A stretch of 63,572 bases of DNA, filler included, from Saprolegnia diclina VS20 (Eukaryota): NCBI RefSeq assembly GCF_000281045.1. It is 6 parts of 2 records of this genome, joined end to end, with 100 filler letters (N's around TTAATTAATTAA, not from the genome) between each part and the next. Parts side by side here need not be neighbours in the genome. Positions count along the whole stretch, not along the records: positions 51,481 to 59,846 come from NW_008246091.1; positions 59,947 to 62,417 come from NW_008246091.1; positions 62,518 to 63,572 come from NW_008246091.1; 3 more parts are not named here. One strand, written 5' to 3'. The stretch's first letter is position 1. Each line of letters starts with the position of its first letter. The position numbers were made by a program, and so were the translations under genes. The notes under the pieces were generated by a model. The model did no database searches. It worked only from the letters and a program-made list of their open reading frames with translations, and was not told the origin of the DNA. This document shows positions 58,128 to 63,572 of this stretch, in pieces.

Positions 58128-59613
58128 ATGAACCTGCTCCAGGGCAAGACGAACCAGTACCTGCGGGACGCGATCCTTGAGAACCACGTCGACAAGGCGC
58201 GCCGGTACCTCACGCTCAAGATTGGCAAGGCCGACGTCGAGGCCACGACCGAGGTACGGCGCCTGCCACCGCTCGTTGACCGCATCGAAATGGCTAGAGC
58301 GGGGGCTTCTCGATGCTGCACTGCGCCGCCGTTATGGGCTCGACGCCCATGGTCATGATGCTGCTGCAGCTCAACGCCAGCATCTGGACGCTCACCGACG
58401 TACGGCGAAGGCGCGCCTGCCATGGCTTATCGACTATGGCTGTTTAGGACGGCTACTCGGCGCTTGACTTGGCGATCTGGAAGGGCCACACGCAGATCAT
58501 TGACATTCTGCGCTCCCAAGGGTACGCACGCTCCTATCTGTAGCAGTGGTGTCATGGCGATACATGGCTAGCGCGATCGCGCCCATGAAGGAGCCCGAGT
58601 CGCTCAACGGCAAGAAGATTCTGCATCTTGGCCGCGAAGCGACCGTCGTCGAGTACTACCCGAGCACGGCGATCAAGACCAAGAGCACGCGCGCCTTGCA
58701 CTACGCGACGGGCGAGAACTACCTCGTCAACCTCTGGGCCGGCACGGACTACAAGATCATTGGCATCGAGATGAACTTGGAGCCGCTCCGGCAGCTCAAC
58801 TACATCCCGACCGACGTGGGCATGGACATGGAAGCCGAGAAATCACCGTCCCACGCGCGCGTCGAAGCCGCTATGGAGCACATCCTCGAAGGCCAAGCGT
58901 TCTTTGACGAAGACACGGACGACGATGACGACGAAGATGACACCCTGTCGACTGGCCCGCGCCGCCCGTCGGCCGCCGAGCTCCGTGAAATGAATGAAGA
59001 CGACGAAGACGACGACTCCGAGTCGGACTCGGACGACGACGTGGTCGTGGAAAAGACGGTCGAGGTCACCGTGCCGCCAGGGCCCCTCGGCGTGCTCCTC
59101 GACAGTGGCATCTCCGAGTGTGCAGTCGTCCAGGGCTTCACCGCGCTGCCGTCCGGCGTCAAGGGCACGATCGAAGCCAGCGGGCTCGTGACCCCCGGCA
59201 TGTACATGATTGGTATCAACGAAGTCAACGCGTCGCTCATGTCCCTCCAGCAAGTCATCCAGCTCCTCGGCAAGCTCGCGCGCAAGGACAAGGTCATTCG
59301 CTTTGCCGTCTTCCGCCCGAAACCCGCGCCCAAGCCGGCACCCGTTCACAAGCCGCGCCCTGCACCAGTGACGCCGCCGTCGCCGGTCGCTCGGCCAGCC
59401 CCATCGTCGCCTGTCTCACGCCCCGCGGCAGCGCCGACGGCCACATCGATGGCCAGCCTTGTGGGCATGCTGCGCACAGGTGAGAGCCGCCGCACGTCGC
59501 TCACGCCAGCGCCGATCGCCATCAAGCTGCAGTCGCCTCCGGAGGCCGAGTGCGTGCACTGCGGCGTGCCCGAGACGGTGCATACATCCGACACCTGCCC
59601 GTACAAGCCGTGA
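58128..59613 (+). CDS. Ankyrin-repeat plus PDZ protein with a C-terminal CxxC-H-C motif, 3 introns
   Basis: Spliced ankyrins GFSMLHCAAVMGSTPMVMMLL and GYSALDLAIWKGHTQIIDIL; acidic linker; PDZ VPPGPLGVLL...GMYMIGINEVNA; CVHCGVPETVHTSDTCP. Confidence 0.8.
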
Positions 59614-60112
59614 TAATGCAGTGTATATACAGTGTGTTGGTATGGAGTCGAGTTCTGCGGTCGGTACATGCAGTGGTATCGTGTGAAAAAGTGGTTAGAT
59701 GGTCGCCGAGGTCGACACCGTGGACCGATTCCCCGTCGGGCACCACCCAAGATATATTGTGATAATCAGCATTTTTGTCGCCCCGAAATGGGGTCTAATT
59801 CGTTGACGTTGTTTTCTACCGGATGCTGCCGGACGAATAATTCGTTNNNNNNNNNNNNNNNNNNNNNNNNNNNNNNNNNNNNNNNNNNNNTTAATTAATT
59901 AANNNNNNNNNNNNNNNNNNNNNNNNNNNNNNNNNNNNNNNNNNNNGCGACCGAGCCGCGCGTGCCCCGGTGGCGTCCGAAGACGCACCCATAGACCGAG
60001 TGGCAGTAGACCCCGTCAGAACTGCCTCAGTGCTGCTGCTGCGTCCGGGCCGAGCGGCAGCGAAAACGCGGTTTGGCCAAGGCGGGACGCGCGAGTGCCC
60101 GCCCTGGCCGCT

Positions 60113-62245
60113 TCACAGTGCCATATCCGCGCGCAGACCGCCCCATCGCGCCGTCACGTAGCTGCGCACGACGTCAGCGAGAGGTAGCGGGACTTTGTGA
60201 CTGCGCACCCGACCATCGAAACCGGTGCACGCGTTGTCCTTGACCGTATTGGAGCAGGGAAGCTTCGACAAGTTTCGCAAACAGATCGGGAATGGGCCGT
60301 CTTTTGGTAGCGCTGCGAGAACGTCGGGTGGGATAGGGTTGCTTGGTGCCTGAGGACGGTTACCGCCGGCGCCGCGTCCTGGCGTAGCCTTCTGCTTGCC
60401 ACCGCCGTGTGGTTTGCCACCTTTACCCGGCTCGGTGTTGCCGATCGGTGGGGTATGCTTCAGGACTTTGAGAAAGAGTTTCTGGTACGCAGGCCCTTCG
60501 GTTGCAAATGTGCCCGGAAAGCTCGCGATGGCCGTGACGACGCTCGCGTTGCCGTTAGCAGCTGCCGCGAGGTAAGCACCAAAAACCGCGAAGCGGTCGT
60601 TGAACCATTGCAGCACGACGTGCGTCACACTGTCCGGAAAATCGTCGTTGTCGTCGAGTAGAACCAAGGCCAGCGCGAGCGCGGCCTCCACAACTGCGAC
60701 GAGGATGGTGGAGCCGAATGCGTTCGCATAGTCGAGCAAAGCGTGTAGCGCCGCACGAATGTTGTCGATAGAGGCAATGGAGTGGCGCGGCTTCGGTGGG
60801 GTCAGACTGCCGGGAAAATGGCTCAGACTGACGCGTGCATCGTCGTTCCATGAGCTGCGCAGGTGCTTGGAGAGCGGGAAAAAGTGCGCAATCGAGAGCA
60901 TGCCAGAGCCGAACCGCCAGTCGAAGAGATAGGCGAGAGTGCCGGGATGCGGGGGAAACCGGATTGCCTCGCACCCGACGACACTTGCAATGAACTCCAT
61001 GGGTAGCGCCGCTTGAAACTGCGCGTTCGTGATCCACCAGTGGACCTCAGCTTGGGCCCGCGAGACCCTGAGCGCGCTTTTCGAGTGTTGAGGGCCCGCC
61101 GCAATCTCAATGTACTCTGAGAGTGTCCGGGTAGCAGCGGCGCGGCTGCGTGCGCGATGCTCGCGCTGGAACTCTGAGGCGAATTCGGTGACGGATGGCG
61201 CGATGACACCGCGGCCCGGGTTGGCCGCGTAGGTGACGGCTTGGACTACCGCTGGTGGTGGATGAGGCAAGTTTCGACTGTCCAGCTCGGGTTCGTCTGT
61301 CACCGTTGTCGTAGGAGCTGTGCGTGCTGCCATGCTGTCGAGAAAACGGTCGACCATTGACGCGCCCGCACCGGCACGAGGGGGAGGGAAGAAGATCCTC
61401 TCCGGTTCCGACGTGAGCTCCGTGTTCGTGGCGAGCAGACGCTGCGTCGTAGCAGCAGTTCCTGCGTTGGTGTCTTCAAATGTAAGCGGCGGTGGTGCGT
61501 CGGTGTCCGTTGGGTCGTGGCAAAACGACTCACCAAGCTCCATGAGGTTGGGATCGGTGGAGCCGCCATCGGCGTGAAAGGCGAAGTCGACAATGTGTTG
61601 GACACATGGGTTGAGCACAAGCCCAGAGCGTGGGTCACAGATGCCAAGACGGACCGCACCCAGACCCGCGACGTTGGGGACGTCGTAACCCGCCAAGATT
61701 GCCGCAATGTCGCGGGACGGTGTCTCGAGATCCGTGCGGGGTCGGATGCGGCGCCATATGTTCTGGTGGCGTCTGAGCAGGGTCGCCGTGGCGATGCCCG
61801 TGGCCTCACGCGGCGCGTTGTCGTCGGCCGCCGGCCATTCGGTGTCCCAGAGCAGCGCAGCCACGACTGGAAGGACGAGCTGGACGGCGTCTTGGCTTAC
61901 CGTAAGTCTTCCGCGGCGTGACGTTAGTTGAACCGTCCGTGCCGAGTGGTCGGCGCGGCGCACTTGCCCATGCAACCAGTGGTTCTCGACGCGAGCAACG
62001 ACGAATCGCCGGACGAGCCTGTGGGTGCCCGCGTCGCGTTCTGCCGCGGTGACCACCGTGAACTGATCGTTAGTTGCTGCGACCGGCAGCGACAGCTCCT
62101 CGGAAATGGACTCATCGGGGGTCACGTCGATCATTAACCGACGTCCCGCACTGCGCACCGTGCCGTAGGCCACTGTGGATATATCGTCTACGAGTAGGGC
62201 CACGTTTTCGGGGTAGATACGGACAATGTCGCCCGGAGAAAGCAT
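60113..62245 (-). mobile_element. Gag-like ORF1 of a probable tyrosine-recombinase (DIRS/Ngaro-like) retrotransposon
   Basis: Intronless 710-aa ORF on a gap-flanked contig; FPPHPGTLAYLFDWRFG...SIAHF and IPPDVLAALPK...C-x8-C-x8-C-x9-H...WGGL resemble oomycete YR-element ORF1 (from recall); RT and YR are not visible. Confidence 0.5.
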
Positions 62246-62313
62246 GGTGCTTGCGGAGACTTAGCTACTTGACTACCAATTTGGAAATGGCTTGAGCTCG
62301 CTTGCTCTGCGCC

Positions 62314-62368
62314 TGGATCTTGGATCTTGGATCTTGCGTTTTCGTTTTGGATCTTGATATTCTGGATC
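62314..62368 (+). repeat. TGGATCT heptamer array in the leader of the gag-like ORF
   Basis: Three tandem copies at 62314-62334 plus copies at 62348 and 62363. Confidence 0.8.
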
Positions 62369-62517
62369 GCTCGGACTTGTGCGGAAAACCTCTTCCACTG
62401 CTTGGAAACGGCCCTTCNNNNNNNNNNNNNNNNNNNNNNNNNNNNNNNNNNNNNNNNNNNNTTAATTAATTAANNNNNNNNNNNNNNNNNNNNNNNNNNN
62501 NNNNNNNNNNNNNNNNN

Positions 62518-63572
62518 GCCACCAAGTACTACTTTGTCGCGGATTGGTTCCGCGGCTTTTGGCAACTGGCTTTACACACTGACTGTCAGGAGTGGTTCTC
62601 CATCATGACGCCGGATGCGGTCGTGACGCCAACCCGAGTCCAGATGGGCCAGACGGACGCCGTCGCTTAATGCCAGCGGGTCGCCCAAGAAGTGTACGGC
62701 GAGAAGTACGGCCACGGCCTTGAAGGCTGGGTCGACGACGTCCTCGGCAGTGCCCGCACGGCGGCCGAGCTCATCGAGCTCCTCGAATTTTTCTTCGCGC
62801 GTTGCGCCAAGTACGGCCTCAAGCTTCATCCGGGCAAGTGCACATTTTTTGCCTCGGACGTCATTTGGTGCGGGCGCCGGATCAGCGCCGCCGGCATCAG
62901 TCACGATCCCAAGCGTATCGCCGGACTCGTGGACCTGTCAACGCCGGTCACTGCCGACCAGCTGCAGCAGTTTATTTGCTCCATCAATTGGATGCGCTCG
63001 GCGATTCCCGAGTTCAACCCGCTGGTCGCGCCCCTCCAAGTGCTCCTCGAGACCGTTTGCGTGGCCACGGGCACCCGCAAGAAGACGCGACTTGCTTCAG
63101 TCGCGCTGGGCGACCACGACTGGAACGCGGACCATGCCGCTTGTTTCGCGGCGTGCAAGCAGGCGCTCATCGACGTGGTGACGCTTGCGCACCCCAACGA
63201 CGAGTACGATTTCTACTTGTGCACGGACGCGAGCCACCTGTACCATGGTGCGGTCCTCACGCAAGTGCCTCGCTCGCAGCGTGACCTCCCGCTCGCCGAG
63301 CAGGACCATTGTCCGCTGGCGTTCCTCAGCGGTACCTTCGACAAGACGCAGCTCAAGTGGAGTGTGACAGAGAAGGAGGCTTATGCCATCATTTTTGCCA
63401 TCAAGCGTCTAGACTACCTGCTGCATCGGACGCTCGGCTTCATCATCCTCACGGACCACCGGAATCTGGCCTACATCTTTGGCACGGATCCAGCGCCTGC
63501 GCAGCCGCGCTATCTGTCGGACAAGCTCGCGCGTTGGGCGGTCGCTCTGACGTGCTTCCGCTATGTGATCCG
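62518..63572 (+). mobile_element. Ty3/gypsy LTR retrotransposon pol fragment (RT and RNase H) with one premature stop
   Basis: From 62518: ADWFRGFWQL...PTRVQMGQTDAVA*CQ...GWVDDVL...GLKLHPGKC...LCTDAS...WSVTEKEAYAI...LTDHRNLAYIF...KLARW; TAA at 62668-62670. Confidence 0.92.

Noticed and set aside
59686..59796. AAAAAG start, Sm-like ATTTTTG and a small terminal hairpin, suggestive of a U11-like snRNA
   Set aside because: The 5' end reads AAAAAGTG rather than AAAAAGGG and the stems are unconvincing; an Infernal/Rfam search would settle it.
1..63572. CRISPR arrays, tRNA and rRNA genes
   Set aside because: No repeat-spacer periodicity, cloverleaf or rRNA signatures seen by eye.

Overview
Gene-dense, intron-containing eukaryotic DNA with GC-rich exons and short (~40-55 nt) GT-AG introns. 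The gene content points to a Saprolegniales oomycete (Saprolegnia-like; inferred, not database-confirmed). Bases 1-40k are mostly housekeeping: MAPEG/MGST3, Kelch-BTB, ABHD6-like lipase, FAAH-like amidase, phytochelatin synthase-like, BK-type K+ channel, TKL kinase, GRIP golgin, SAP/THO1, an EF-hand pair, IFT172, CDP-DAG synthase, ACBP and S1P lyase. Bases 40-63k are more accessory: three secreted ricin-B lectins, an RNase H remnant, an interrupted multipass membrane gene, a stop-interrupted LRR gene, an ABCG transporter, an ankyrin-PDZ gene, a DIRS/Ngaro-like gag and a Ty3/gypsy pol. There are six 100-nt assembly gaps. The standout is a heavily spliced gene at 3860-6849(-), fragmented in the ORF track. 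It encodes an acidic SQ/TQ segment, an FHA domain, a CHAT (caspase-fold) protease with its His/Cys dyad present, and a STAND/NB-ARC NTPase with no C-terminal sensor repeats: a candidate phosphorylation-triggered, NLR-like protease switch. All exon boundaries and domain calls were made by eye.
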